Below are positions 21,489-33,409 of a stretch of 64,000 nt of DNA, piece by piece. The notes beneath the pieces are model-generated. The model did not search any database. It was not told the origin of the DNA and saw only the letters and a list, made by a program, of their open reading frames with translations. Source of the DNA: an uncultured Chthonomonadaceae bacterium (GTDB lineage Bacteria > Armatimonadota > Chthonomonadetes > Chthonomonadales > Chthonomonadaceae). Location: contig CAWIEK010000011.1 of NCBI GenBank assembly GCA_963835065.1, positions 64,001 to 128,000 of the forward strand, written 5' to 3'. Both the position numbers and the translations under genes were made by a program. Positions within the stretch are counted from its first letter, which is position 1, and the number at the start of each line of letters is the position of its first letter.

Positions 21489-21787
21489 TCCAGTGCTTCC
21501 TTCTCGCGTGAAAAGTATCTTTAACAGGCATAGGGGAAGTATACCACACAGCAAATGCTGTATCGGTACACTTGCGCCCCGCAAACATTCCGAAATAGAG
21601 GGAAAATAAAATCTCATTTCCGCCCCCAACTTTCCCCTGAGCAACGGCCTCCAAACTGCCACAATTACCAGTGTAAGCAGTCACCATCCGACTGACCAGA
21701 CTTTTGTAACTCACCTGACCCATGCGCTGCAACGCTGCGTTGCGCCGGGTTGAACCTCCGTTATTTCCCGCCTTTGGAGATTTTTCT

Positions 21788-24700
21788 ATGCGAAGCCCCT
21801 TTCTGTTGCTTGGCTGCGCCTTATCGGTTGCCATACTTCCCTCCGCGAACAGGGCGACTGCACTGCCGGTGTTGCCGTCCGCTCACATTTTGCCGCAACA
21901 TGCGTCAGGGAGCGCGGATGGACAAACCGACGCGCCCGATGATGAAACGCCGGAGGAGCGAACCGCGCGGCTGAAAGCGGAGGCGAAGCGGCGACAGCAG
22001 GAACGCGCTAAAAAGGCACTGCCGAACGAGCAGCCGGAAACAACGCCGGACGAGGCTTCCGATTCGGGCGACGCTTCCCATTCCGGCAAAACGTCCGATG
22101 GCCGCGTTCGGGGTAAATCCACTTCCGGCAAAAACGGCAAAAACGGCAAGGCCGATACGACCGACAGCGCGGAAGAGGCCGACAGCGAAGAAGATATGCC
22201 CCTGCGCAACGCGCCCCGAACCACGCGCAAGTTCTCGCAGCCGCTGGAATTGTTCGGTTATTCCTATTTCGCTCATGCCCGCGAGTCCCTCGAAGCCCGC
22301 CGCAACGCCCTGCGCCATTATTCTCCGAATTCTGCCAATGCTTCCAATCGTGAATCAGACGCTTCGGAAACGCGGCGCGATGGCGTGAAAACAGAGGGAG
22401 ACTTCCGCTCTGAGCGGGGCAAATGGTAAGTCCAAAACGGCCCGCACACGCGGCAATAGCGATCAGGATGATACGGAGAACGGATCGAACGGACGTTTGG
22501 GAACCCGTCAGGCAAATGCGGAGGATGCGCGGAACGGACGCAATTCGAGCCGGGACAATAATGGACAGGAAGACAACGGGCATGAAGACAACGGGCAGGC
22601 GAGGGAAAACGAGGCCGCGTCCAATCGCAAGCGTTCCACATCAGCGGATGCGCGGCAAAGCATCCTCGGCCCCGATGACATGCAGGCGCTCAATGTGTTC
22701 GCGCCCGCTCCCGAACGCTACCAACTCGGACCCGGCGACACCCTGACCGTTCGCTATTGGAGCCGGACGCTGGAAGCGACGGAAGCCACCCTGACGGTAG
22801 ACGCGGGCGGTACGCTGGCTTTGCCCTCCGGGGATCGCATGGTCGTGCGCGGACAAACAACCGCGCAGGCGCAGGAAGCCATTCGCGCCCAACTTGCCCG
22901 CAAATTTCGCCAGATACAAGTGACATTGGCCTTAAAAGAACTGCGAACGATTATGGTTCTGGTGACGGGGGAAGCGTATGCCGCCGGCTCGTACCAGATG
23001 CCCGCAACCGTGACCCTGTTCAACATGCTGTACGCCTGTGGCGGCGCGAGTGAGCGGGGAACCCTGCGCAACATTCAGGTGCGCCGTACGGACGGAACCA
23101 CGCGCAAGTTCGACTTTTACCATTTTCTGCTGCGCGGCGACAGCAGCCAGGACACGCCGCTTCAGCCCGGTGACGTGATCTTTATTCCCCCGGCGGAAAC
23201 CCGCGTTTCGGTCAAGGGCGAAGTGTTCCGCCCCGCCATTTTTGAATTGAAGCAGGACGAGAAACTGCGCGACGCGGTTGGCTTTGCGGGCGGCGTGAAA
23301 CCGTCCGGCATTTCGCAGCGCGTGTCTATCCAATCGGTGCAGCCCGGCACGGAGCATCGGCTGGTAGACGCCAACCTGAACGCGACGGACGCCGCGAATA
23401 ATCCCGCGCTGTACGACGGCGATGTGGTGGAACTGCTCAGTATCCGCTCACAGATCGCCAATCTGGTCAGCGTGGAGGGCGCGGTAGATCAGCCGAGCCG
23501 GTACGCGATTGCCCCCGGCATGACGGTTGCCGATTTGATAGACCGGGCGCGCGGTCTGCGCGATGATGTGTACATGATGCGGGCTGACCTGTTCCGCGCC
23601 AATCCCGACAACACGCAAAAACTGGTGTCCGTTGATTTAACCCACGCCCTGAAACGCGAACCCGGCGCGAACCCCGTTTTGCAGCCCCGCGACCGGCTGG
23701 TGGTGTACAGCGCAAGCGACGTGCAGTTCATGGGTTTCCGGCGCGTGAATGTCAAGGGCGCTGTGCGCAAGCCGGGCGCGTATTATCGTCCCGACAACAT
23801 GCGCGTCGCCGATTTGCTCCTGCAGGCGGGCGGAACGCAGCCCGACGCTTCGCTCCGGCAGGCATTTGTCCAGCGCCGCAACGACGACGGCACGTATGGC
23901 CCACTTGTCAAAGTGAACATCGGCAAGGCGCTTGCAGGGGACGTAGGGGAAAACATCGAGGTACAGGATCGGGACACGCTCACGGTCTTCAATCTCAAGG
24001 ACGCGCAGTTTACGCCCGACCCAACCGTAGAAATCTCCGGGCCTGTGCAGCGCGAAGGCAAGTACACCCTTGCGGCAGGCATGAAACTAAGCGACCTGCT
24101 GCAGCTTTCAGGCGGAGCCTTGCCCAAAGCCGGGGAACAAATTGAAATCGCCCACGCCCATGCCGAGTCCGGCGACAAGCCGTTGCTGGTTGCAATGGAC
24201 GTTCGCAGCCGGCAATGCAGCGACGACCCGGTTTTGATGCCCGGTGACATTGTAATTTTGAAAGCGCGGGGCGAGTACGAAGACAAGCCCCGAGTTGTGC
24301 GGGTGTACGGCGCGGTAGATCGCCCCGGCCCGGTGATTTTGCGCACCCGGACAACGCGCCTGAGCGATGTTATCAAGGAAGCGGGCGGCCTGACCGGGGA
24401 AGCGTATGCCCCCGGCAGTGAATTCACGCGGGACTCCAAAGTGCTGGAAACGGGTACGCAGAAAGAATACGCCCTGCTCATCAGCCACTTTATGGACGGC
24501 TTGAATCAGGCGCAGTACAAGCGCGAAATGGCGAAGGCGGACCTGGAACGCTTGAAATCCGTCAACAGCGCGACCAAAAACGACCTGCCCATCAGCATTC
24601 CGGGGCTGACACCGGGTGGCGACAGCCCGACCGGTACGGCAGCCGGTTCCAAAACGCTGGACAAGTTGCTATCGCAGGATTTGGTTTCCGCGCCCCGCGT

Positions 24701-25154
24701 CCTATCCTCGCAGGATTTGGAGCCGAAGGGCAACGTGTTTGTCAACCTGTCCGGCGCATTGCAAAAGCCGGGAAGCGCGGACGATCTGGTGATGATGGAC
24801 GGGGATGTGATTACGGTTCCGACCAAGCCCTCGACCATTCAGGTTGTCGGCGGCGTCACGCAGTCCCGCGCGGTTCCGTTCCAACAGGGCGCGGGCGCAG
24901 AGTATTACGTCGCATCCGCAGGCGGGTTCGCGCCCGACGCCGCGCAGGATCGCATCATCGTCATCCGTCTGGGCGGCGGCCTGATGCCCCTCAACAAGGT
25001 ACACGCGCTCCAACCGGGTGACGTGATCATGGTTCCCACCCGCGTACAGGCCGAGCAACTAAGCAAGCGCTCCAACGGCGTAGACAGCTTCTTCAAGTCG
25101 CTCACGTCCTCGTCGCTGCTGTTCTTCGGCGCGAAGAAGCTGTTAGGGTTTTAG
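21788..25154 (+). CDS. polysaccharide export protein with multiple SLBB domains (Wza/KpsD-like; frameshift near 22415)
   Basis: Signal peptide, LELFGY, YQLGPGD and repeated V.GAV..PG.Y / L.PGD SLBB units. An extra G in the GGGG near 22415 joins the two ORFs. Confidence 0.85.
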
Positions 25155-25284
25155 TAGGTTTCAGGTTTCAGGTGTCAGGTGTCAGGTTGGAGTGTACCCT
25201 GCTCTAGTCTGATGCTGATACGAGTAGAAAGAAGGGCAGAGAAGTGGATTTCCTGACACCTGACACCTGACACCTGAAACCTAC
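25154..25284. repeat. heptamer-tandem palindrome (TCAGGTG/T)n ... (CACCTGA)n
   Basis: Arms at 25154-25186 and 25252-25284. Confidence 0.9.
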
Positions 25285-25298
25285 AAAGGAAGACGCAA

Positions 25299-26996
25299 TT
25301 GGATCAGGAAGAACCGATAGTGGATGGGCGGCGGATCGGGCAGATTGTTCGGCGGCGCTGGAAAGCGTGGACGCTGCTGGGCGTGGGGCTGTTGGGCGCG
25401 GGCGTGGGAGGCGGCCTGTATTTGCTGCCGCAAACGTTTACATCTACGGTTTCCATTTCGGTGCAGCGTCCGGGCGGGGCAAGTTCGCCGCTTGGCGGGC
25501 TGATAGGGCTGAACGGCGGGCAGAAAAGCTACGGCGGCGTCGTGAAAAGCCTGCGCATGGCGGAAGAAGTCAACGCGGAAGTGGGTTTGCAGAACGTGTA
25601 TCGCCTGCCTTCCAAAGACGAGGCTTCGCGCCGACTGTCGAAAAGCGTTGCTTTAGATGACAATGCGGCGGAAGGCTTGATGTACATTACGGTTTCGCTG
25701 CCCGCGCCGCCGCGTTATGCCCGTCATGCGGATGGCTTGCGAATGGGGGCGCAGCAGGCGTCCGCGCAGGCGGCTAACGCCTATGCCGAAGCCCTGCGCC
25801 GCTACACGGTAGAAACGGACAACGACAAGGAAGCCGTGATGCTGCGCATGGCCGAAAACCAGATTCGGGAAGCGCGGGCGGGTTATGACAGCGCGATTGA
25901 CCGCTTGCAGGCGTTCGTCCATCAGCATCGAAGCGGCGCAGGTGGGGCGCAAGCGGCGCAAGCGGCGGCAGCGGGTGACAGCGGCGCATCCTCCGGGACC
26001 GACAAGGGTTCAGGAGCAGGCGGGGACAAGAATTCAGCGTCCGCGGCGGCAGCCGGAGGCGAGTTGGGCGGCTTGTACCGCGAACGGGCGTCACTGGAAC
26101 AGGATATTCAAACGCGGGAAGCGACCCGAACCGCGCGAACCGCCATGCTGGACAATCAGCTTCAATCGCTGTCCACCCTGCCCGGCGAAGATCCACTGTT
26201 GACGGGAGCGCGGGCTGAAGAGCGCCGAGCGGATGAAGAACTGCAATCTCTGAAAATCCAGTTTGAAGCCGAGCATCCGCAGGTGATCGCCGCGCAGGAA
26301 CGCTTGCGGATCGCGCAGGCGCGGGTTCGCAAGGAAGTGGACGGCCTGAAAAACGGCCTGACCAGTGACCGCGCCGCATATATGGCGGAATTGACCGGCC
26401 TGCGCAGCCGACTGGACAAGGTACAGTCGCAGATTGCACTCGCGGAAGGGCAGGCGCAAACAGGGCGCGAGCAGACCGCCCAACTGGAAAAACTGCGCAA
26501 CGAAGCGCAGTTACGCTTGGAAGTGCTGAAAGCCACGTCCACGCAGGTCGCTACCCTCCGGGTACAAACCGCGTCGAGCCAGAGCCGAATTCTGGTGATT
26601 GACCGGGCGCGAGTGGCGGAGTTCAGCCAGCCGGGATTGACGCTGATAACCCTGTTCAGCCTGTTCGCAAGCCTGGCGGCGCTGCTGTTCTGGCTGATTG
26701 TGGAGTATGCGTTCGGCAAGCGCGAACCCGTGTTGGTAGTGACGCCGCTTGCCCGGACGCCCAACGACTACGCCGCCACTGCCGTTATCAACATCCACTC
26801 CAACGGCGCTTACGGAAGCGGAGTGCATGTCAACGCGGTTCACGGCAAAGATACGCACAGGGAAACCGTCAACGCCGCGTCTGCGAATGGTACGAATTAT
26901 GCTTACGCAAACGGCACAAATGGCAACGGCGCGCATTACGAACCGATTATGATTATTTCCGACATTGACGAAGACGCGGAAGGAACGAGCGAATGA
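25299..26996 (+). CDS. polysaccharide co-polymerase / chain-length determinant (GumC/Wzz-like)
   Basis: Two TM helices flank a long coiled coil with an EHPQV motif. Position follows the export gene. Confidence 0.75.
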   Translation: MDQEEPIVDGRRIGQIVRRRWKAWTLLGVGLLGAGVGGGLYLLPQTFTSTVSISVQRPGGASSPLGGLIGLNGGQKSYGGVVKSLRMAEEVNAEVGLQNVYRLPSKDEASRRLSKSVALDDNAAEGLMYITVSLPAPPRYARHADGLRMGAQQASAQAANAYAEALRRYTVETDNDKEAVMLRMAENQIREARAGYDSAIDRLQAFVHQHRSGAGGAQAAQAAAAGDSGASSGTDKGSGAGGDKNSASAAAAGGELGGLYRERASLEQDIQTREATRTARTAMLDNQLQSLSTLPGEDPLLTGARAEERRADEELQSLKIQFEAEHPQVIAAQERLRIAQARVRKEVDGLKNGLTSDRAAYMAELTGLRSRLDKVQSQIALAEGQAQTGREQTAQLEKLRNEAQLRLEVLKATSTQVATLRVQTASSQSRILVIDRARVAEFSQPGLTLITLFSLFASLAALLFWLIVEYAFGKREPVLVVTPLARTPNDYAATAVINIHSNGAYGSGVHVNAVHGKDTHRETVNAASANGTNYAYANGTNGNGAHYEPIMIISDIDEDAEGTSE

Positions 26997-27925
26997 AAGT
27001 TCTGGTAACGGGCGCTGCCGGGTATATCGGCAGTATTTTATGCGAGCATTTGCTGGCGCAGGGACATTCGGTGATTGCATTGGACAGCCTCTTGTATGGT
27101 CAGGCGAGTCTGTTCCACCTGTGCGCCGATCCCCGCTTTGATTTTGTGCGCGGCGATGCGCGGGACGAAACCCTGCTGCGCCAACTGGTACGCAAAGCCG
27201 ATGTGCTGATTCCCCTCGCGGCCATCGTGGGCGCTCCCGCCTGCAAGCAGGACCCCATACTCACCACGTCCATCAATCTTGACGCGGTGCGCCTGCTCAA
27301 CCGCCTGCGCTGCCCCGACCAACTGATGATCTATCCCACGACCAACAGCGGGTACGGGACGCAATCCGGCGACGAGTATTGCACTGAAGAAACGCCTTTG
27401 CAGCCCATATCGCTATACGGGCAGACCAAATCCGACGCCGAAGCCGACGTGCTTGCTTCCGAAAACGCGATTACCCTCCGGCTGGCAACCGTGTTCGGCA
27501 CATCCCCCCGGATGCGCCTGGATTTGCTCGTCAACCATTTCGTGTACGCGGCGGTAACGGACGGCTACCTTGTCCTGTTCGAGAAAGATTTCAAGCGCAA
27601 CTTCGTGCATGTCCGCGACGTAGCCGACTGCTTCCTGCACTGTATGGGACACGCCGATTCGATGGTAGGCAGGCCGTTCAATCTCGGATTAGATGCGGCC
27701 AACCTGTCCAAAGAGCAGCTTGCCTTAAAGGTGCAGGAACACATTCCGCACTTCTATCTCCACTATTCCGAAGTGGGCAGCGACCCCGATAAGCGCAACT
27801 ACATCGTGTCCAACCAGCGCCTGCGCGAAGCCGGCTTTGAAGCGCGGCACTCCCTCGATGACGGCATCCGCGAACTGCTCCAGGGCTACGCCATGCTCGG
27901 ACGCGGGCTGTTTAAGAACATTTAG
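26993..27925 (+). CDS. NAD-dependent epimerase/dehydratase
   Basis: GAAGYIG and YGQTK (YxxxK). Confidence 0.9.
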   Translation: MKVLVTGAAGYIGSILCEHLLAQGHSVIALDSLLYGQASLFHLCADPRFDFVRGDARDETLLRQLVRKADVLIPLAAIVGAPACKQDPILTTSINLDAVRLLNRLRCPDQLMIYPTTNSGYGTQSGDEYCTEETPLQPISLYGQTKSDAEADVLASENAITLRLATVFGTSPRMRLDLLVNHFVYAAVTDGYLVLFEKDFKRNFVHVRDVADCFLHCMGHADSMVGRPFNLGLDAANLSKEQLALKVQEHIPHFYLHYSEVGSDPDKRNYIVSNQRLREAGFEARHSLDDGIRELLQGYAMLGRGLFKNI

Positions 27926-27926
27926 G

Positions 27927-28048
27927 AAGGCATTAGGCATTAGGCATTAGGCATTAGTTTCCAGCGGCAAGGCATAGTCGCTATAGCGTTAAACGTACAT
28001 TGACTGTGCTGTGACCACTAATGCCTAATGCCTAATGCCTAATGCCTT
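27927..28048. repeat. heptamer-tandem palindrome (AGGCATT)4 ... (AATGCCT)4
   Basis: Arms at 27927-27958 and 28017-28048. Same unit as at 14173. Confidence 0.9.
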
Positions 28049-28059
28049 TAGGATCAACC

Positions 28060-29097
28060 ATGATTATCACCAGAACGCCGCTGCGCATCAGCTTCTTTGG
28101 CGGGGGCACGGACTATCCTGACCATTTCCGCGAACATGGCGGGCAGACGTTGGGCGTTGCCATCAACTACTACTCTTATATTACCGTGAAGTCGCTGGCT
28201 CCCCTGTTCGATTACGCGATTCGGGTGGGGTATCGGCGCACGGAACTCGCGCAAAACGTGAATGAGATCGAGCATCCTTCGGTGCGGGAGTGCCTGCGGT
28301 TTATGGGCGTACCGGGAAATGTCGAAGTGGACTACATCGGCGATTTGCCCGCGCGCAGTGGTCTGGGTTCGTCGTCGTCGTTTACGGTCGGTTTGCTCCA
28401 CGCGCTTCATGCGTACAAGGGCGAACTGACCACGCGGGAACAACTTGCCGCCGAAGCCGTTTATGTGGAACAGCAAATGATTGGCGAGCGCGTGGGGGTG
28501 CAGGATCAATACCTGTGCGCGCATGGCGGCCTGACTCATCTGACCATGAAGCGAAACGGGCAGATCAAGGCACAGGCCGTACCCCTGCGAACCAGCCGAT
28601 TGGAAGATTTACATTCGCGCCTGATGCTGTTTTACACGGGCTTGCAGCGCAACGCGCACGATGTGCTGGATGAGCAGCTTGCCAACACGCGGCAGGGAAC
28701 CGTCACCCCTGACCTGCATCAAATGTCCGGGCTGGTGGATCAGGGCATTGAGGTTTTGACAAGCGAGCGTCCGATGGGTATTTTCGGCGAACTGCTGCAT
28801 ACGGCCTGGGAACTCAAGCGCGGGCTGTCGAGCAAAATCAGCAATGCGGGCATAGATGGGCATTACGCCGATGCGCGGCGGGCGGGCGCGGTGGGCGGCA
28901 AACTGCTGGGCGCGGGTGGGGGCGGGTTTCTGCTGTTCGTGGCTCCCCCGGAGCGTCACGCCGACATTACGCGCGCCCTGTGGCCGCTCAAGCAAGTGCC
29001 GTTCCAATTCGACTTTACGGGTTCGGACATCGCGTTCTATCATCCCGAAGGCCAACTCGTAACACCCGATGCCGTGACGCTGGCGCGGGCGGCATAG
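28060..29097 (+). CDS. GHMP kinase, HddA-like (heptose-7-phosphate kinase)
   Basis: PLRISFFGGGTD, PARSGLGSSS and GGKLLGAGGGGF. Confidence 0.85.
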   Translation: MIITRTPLRISFFGGGTDYPDHFREHGGQTLGVAINYYSYITVKSLAPLFDYAIRVGYRRTELAQNVNEIEHPSVRECLRFMGVPGNVEVDYIGDLPARSGLGSSSSFTVGLLHALHAYKGELTTREQLAAEAVYVEQQMIGERVGVQDQYLCAHGGLTHLTMKRNGQIKAQAVPLRTSRLEDLHSRLMLFYTGLQRNAHDVLDEQLANTRQGTVTPDLHQMSGLVDQGIEVLTSERPMGIFGELLHTAWELKRGLSSKISNAGIDGHYADARRAGAVGGKLLGAGGGGFLLFVAPPERHADITRALWPLKQVPFQFDFTGSDIAFYHPEGQLVTPDAVTLARAA

Positions 29098-29127
29098 ATT
29101 ATATTTATTAAGCAAAGGCAGGCAGAT

Positions 29128-30027
29128 ATGAAAATGCAGGTTGCTTCTCTGGTGGGGAAAGCGCCGCGCCGCATGGCGGGCGTGGCGAAACGGAAACTAT
29201 ATACCTCCCTGTGGCAGGTAGAACATTCCATGACAAGGCGGCGGGAAGGTACGCAAGTGGACGAGCGACAAGCCTCGTGGGTGGCGTCCCTGCAAAACCG
29301 GCTGCCCAACAGCGGGCCGATTCCGATTGACATGGATGCGATGGACCCCGATTCGGTCATTGAGGCCGCGCAGGACGTGCGCAAACGGCAGACATTGGTG
29401 GAAGGTTTTGAGGGACTGGCGCTGGACGACGCGCTGGTTTATACCAACGCTTACAAAGATATGAGCTTCTTTCCGCTCACGCAGGCCATTGCGCAGATTT
29501 GCCGCACCGCCCGTAACGCGCCCCTGACATCCGTGCTGGAGTTGGGCTGCGGCAGCGGGCACATGCGCCGCTTCTTCGAGTCGTTCGGCGCAAGCGATTA
29601 TCTGGGCGTGGACGCCAATCCGATTGCCTTTCGCCATAGCTGCCATATCGTCGGGTATGAGGAATACTATCGCCTGCTGAACCTGCAGGAAGAGATCAAC
29701 TTTGCCGCCGAATTCGATCTGGTCTGCACGTTCGAGGTGCTGGAACACATTCACACAGACCGGCTGGACGGGATGCTGGCGACGATCCGCAACCACATGC
29801 GCCCCGACTCGCTGTTCATCGGCACGGCGTCTCTGGTAGCGGATTTCGACGTGCATATCACCGTTCATTCCCGCGAGTGGTGGCTGCAGCGGTTCGCCAA
29901 GCACGGGCTTGTGCCGCATCCCGATCAGGAGGGCGCGATCCGCCTGCTGGCGCGTAACCATCCTTTCAATTGGAACGGGCAGAACACCAATCTGTTTGTG
30001 CTGCAAATGGGGGAGGATGCAAGCTGA
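29128..30027 (+). CDS. class I SAM-dependent methyltransferase
   Basis: VLELGCGSG and FDLV..FEVLEH. Confidence 0.85.
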   Translation: MKMQVASLVGKAPRRMAGVAKRKLYTSLWQVEHSMTRRREGTQVDERQASWVASLQNRLPNSGPIPIDMDAMDPDSVIEAAQDVRKRQTLVEGFEGLALDDALVYTNAYKDMSFFPLTQAIAQICRTARNAPLTSVLELGCGSGHMRRFFESFGASDYLGVDANPIAFRHSCHIVGYEEYYRLLNLQEEINFAAEFDLVCTFEVLEHIHTDRLDGMLATIRNHMRPDSLFIGTASLVADFDVHITVHSREWWLQRFAKHGLVPHPDQEGAIRLLARNHPFNWNGQNTNLFVLQMGEDAS

Positions 30028-30028
30028 C

Positions 30029-30998
30029 ATGCGGGAAACACGCGAGTTTTTTACGGGCAAGCGCGTTCTGGTGACGGGCGCATCCGGCTTTGTCGGGCGC
30101 AATCTGGTTCCCATGCTGGAGCGGATTGACTGCGAGTTGATAACCCCCTCCCGACGGGATTACGACCTGCTGGAGCAGTATCAGGTACGCGCCATGCTTG
30201 CCGACACGCGCCCCGATGTGGTTCTGCACCTGGCCGGGCTTGATCGGCGGCATCATGGCGAACAAGCAGCGCCCCGCCGACTTTTGCACGCAAAACCTGC
30301 TGATGGGCACGATGATGCTGCACGAGTCATGGCAGGCGGGCGTATCGAAATACATCACGCTGATGGGCGGATGCAGTTACCCGGCTCACGCCCCCTCTCC
30401 CATCCGCGAGTCCGAATTGTGGAACGGGTATCCGCAGCCGGAAAGCGCCCCGTACTCGCTGGCAAAGGCCATGAGCGCGGTGCAGGCGGAAGCGTACCGG
30501 CGTCAGTATGGGTTTAATGCGGTTGTCTTAGTTCCGGGTAATCTGTACGGCCCCTATGATAACTTCGACCTGACCAACTCGCATGTCATACCCGCGCTCA
30601 TTCGCAAGTTTTCGGAAGCGCGGCGGGATGGACTGCGCGAAATCGTTTCGTGGGGAACCGGACGGGCAACCCGTGACTTCATTTATGCGCAGGACGCCTG
30701 CGAAGCCATTCTGCTCGGCGCGGCTCTTGTCAACAGCAGTGAAATCATCAATCTGTCGTCCGGCAACCCGATCACGATCCGAACGCTGGTGGAAACCATT
30801 GCCGACCTGACCGGCTACCGGGGCGAAATCGTGTGGGACACGAGCAAGCCGGAAGGCCAACTGGAAAAAGGCTTCGATGTCAGCCGGATGCGCGCCATTT
30901 TAGGTTATGACTGCCCAACTCCCTTACGCGCTGGCTTGAAACGCACGATTGAATGGTACGAATGTAATCACGCGACGGCGCGTTTGCTTGCCGCGTAG
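30029..30998 (+). CDS. fcl: GDP-L-fucose synthase-like (frameshift near 30237)
   Basis: GASGFVG, HLA-(shift)-GGI.AN, YSLAK, NLYGPYDNF..SHVIPALIRKF. Confidence 0.85.
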
Positions 30999-31023
30999 TT
31001 CACCTGTCCCGGAAAATAACCAC

Positions 31024-32151
31024 ATGCCTCCAACTTCTACCCAAACACAACCCATCTCCTTCTTCCAAAGCCACATCGCGCCCGAAGCCATCGAACTGGT
31101 GAATGAAGTGCTGCGCTCCGGTTGGGTGAATGAAGGCGAGATGGTCAAGCGTTTTGAGCGTTCCCTGTCTTCTACGCTTGGGATGCGCCATCCCGTAACC
31201 GTGAACAGTGGAACCGCTTCGCTGCATCTCGCGCTGGCACTGGCGAATGTCGGGCCGGGAGATGAAGTGATTTTGCCCGCGCAAACGTTCATGGCGACCG
31301 GGCTGGCGATTCTGATGCAGCGCGCCACGCCCATTTTTGCCGATATTGATCCGTACACGGGCAACATCGCGCCCGATTCGATTGAGTCCAAAATCACCTC
31401 CCGCACACGCGCCGTTATGCCGGTGCATTGGGGCGGCTATACGTGCGACCTTGATGAAATCAACACAATTGCGGAACAGCACAATCTGACCGTGATTGAG
31501 GACGCCGCCCATGCGCTGGGCGCGACGTATCGGGGGCAAGTCGTCGGCAACATTTCGCGGTTTACGGCCTTTTCGTTTCAGGCGATCAAGCACCTGACGA
31601 CAGGGGATGGCGGCATGTTGTGCTGCGCGTCGGAAGAGGACGCGAAGCAGGCGGTTATCGGCAGATGGTTCGGCATTGACCGCGCCAACATGCAGAAAAC
31701 CCTGGAAGGCGCGCGGGGCTGCGACGTGTCCACCTTGGGCTACAAGTACCACATGAACAACATCGCGGCAGCCGTAGGCCTGGGCAATTTAATAGATTTT
31801 CCGTCACGCCTGGCGCGTCGGCGTGAAATAGGGGCGTTTTACCGCGCGCAATTGAACAACATAGCGGGCATAGAATTGCTTCAATCTGCACCCGACCGCG
31901 AACACGCCTACTGGCTGTTTACGCTGCTTGTGGAGCGTCGGGAAGATTTCGCGCGCAAACTGGCGGCTCAGGGCATCCCGTGTTCCGTCGTGGACTTCGG
32001 CATTGACCGCAATTCCGTTTTCGGCGTCACGCGCCACAATCTGCCCGGCCAGGACGAATTCGACGCCCGCCAAATTTCCCTGCCCGTCCATGAAGGCTTG
32101 AGCGACGCGGATATCCACCACATTGTAGAAACGATTCGTTCAGGCTGGTAG
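31024..32151 (+). CDS. DegT/DnrJ/EryC1/StrS aminotransferase
   Basis: NSGTASLH, IEDAAHALG and FSFQAIKHLTTGDGG. Confidence 0.9.
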   Translation: MPPTSTQTQPISFFQSHIAPEAIELVNEVLRSGWVNEGEMVKRFERSLSSTLGMRHPVTVNSGTASLHLALALANVGPGDEVILPAQTFMATGLAILMQRATPIFADIDPYTGNIAPDSIESKITSRTRAVMPVHWGGYTCDLDEINTIAEQHNLTVIEDAAHALGATYRGQVVGNISRFTAFSFQAIKHLTTGDGGMLCCASEEDAKQAVIGRWFGIDRANMQKTLEGARGCDVSTLGYKYHMNNIAAAVGLGNLIDFPSRLARRREIGAFYRAQLNNIAGIELLQSAPDREHAYWLFTLLVERREDFARKLAAQGIPCSVVDFGIDRNSVFGVTRHNLPGQDEFDARQISLPVHEGLSDADIHHIVETIRSGW

Positions 32152-32158
32152 AAGAGGA

Positions 32159-32261
32159 TTGTCTTGAACCATGATTTCACATGATTAGGATGATTATCAT
32201 GATTGAGTACCCGTCTCATCATGTAATCATTGTAATCATGTGAAATCATGGTTCAAGACAA
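32159..32261. repeat. palindromic element with ATGATT-rich arms (MITE/REP-like)
   Basis: 29-bp terminal inverted repeats ttgtcttgaaccatgatttcacatgatta. Confidence 0.85.
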
Positions 32262-32282
32262 AGACGCGAGGGAGTCTTAATT

Positions 32283-33290
32283 ATGACCGCGACAGAAATC
32301 ATACGGGCAACGAACTCCGAAGAGTTTACATTACGGTGCGCCCGCAACAATCAGACGGACGGCGAGCGTTTTTGCGCCCTGTCCAATTCGCTGTACGCGC
32401 GCAAAGTGGATTTGGCCTATTACTGCTGGCAGTTCTTCGGCGGGCCTTTTCCGAGTGTGTTGAGTATGGCGTATGCGTCCAATGGCGATCTGGCGGGGTG
32501 TTACGGGTTTCAGTTGCGTTCTGTTGCAGGGAACAGCATCAAGATTGGGTCGGCAATAGATATTATGATTGCGCCCGCCTTTCAGGGCAAAGGATTATTT
32601 CGCCGACTTGCCCATCATGCGTTAGGGCAGTTGTGTGTTTATAACCCGGCTGCCGTGTTCGTGATGGCAAATGCGCGCGCCGGGCAGGTACATGCGCGCG
32701 GGCTTGGATGGCAGGAGGTGACAACACTACAGGATTGGATAATTAGTTCTATGGCGCTGCCTGCGGTTGATTCCAATGTTCGCCTGCTGCCGCTTGCGAA
32801 ATTAGGAACCAACGAAGACGCTTATTTGCGCGCGGCTGCCGCGCGGCGGGGCAAAGTGAGCATAGGGTTGGCACGCGATGCCGCGTTATGGCAGTGGCGG
32901 TTTCTGGACAACCCGCGCTATCGCTACGAACTGTTCCGGGCGGAGCATCAGGGCGAGTTAATTGGATTGTTGGCGCTGAAATTGTTTACAGACCCGGTGA
33001 CGGGTGAGCGTTTTGGCGATATTGTAGACATCGCCTGGCGCGAAGAAGACGCCGCAACGCTTCCCGCGTTGCTGACGGGCGCGGCAAACCATTTACGCAA
33101 TCAGGGCGCGCAGCAAATCTCCACCTGGCTGCAAACCAACACGGAACTCGATGAAGCGGGGCGGCAAATGGGATTTCAGCCTACCACGCGGCAGCGGCAT
33201 CTGGTGTGCAAAGTTCTGAACGCTGATTGCGCCTGGCTGGAAGACCCTACGCGCTGGCGCGCGACAATGGCAGATACGGAAATGTACTGA
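32283..33290 (+). CDS. GNAT-family acyltransferase
   Basis: DIMIAPAFQGKGLF acetyl-CoA motif; RDAALWQWRF in the second half. Confidence 0.75.
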   Translation: MTATEIIRATNSEEFTLRCARNNQTDGERFCALSNSLYARKVDLAYYCWQFFGGPFPSVLSMAYASNGDLAGCYGFQLRSVAGNSIKIGSAIDIMIAPAFQGKGLFRRLAHHALGQLCVYNPAAVFVMANARAGQVHARGLGWQEVTTLQDWIISSMALPAVDSNVRLLPLAKLGTNEDAYLRAAAARRGKVSIGLARDAALWQWRFLDNPRYRYELFRAEHQGELIGLLALKLFTDPVTGERFGDIVDIAWREEDAATLPALLTGAANHLRNQGAQQISTWLQTNTELDEAGRQMGFQPTTRQRHLVCKVLNADCAWLEDPTRWRATMADTEMY

Positions 33291-33409
33291 GTTCGGCGTT
33301 GGGTATTCGGTGTTCAGGTATTCGGGTGTTCAGGTGTTCGGGCATACGGATTATTGCCTGTGTGGTTGTGAATGTGGGTTTGCAAGCCCATTGCAAGGTG
33401 AGGTGAGCG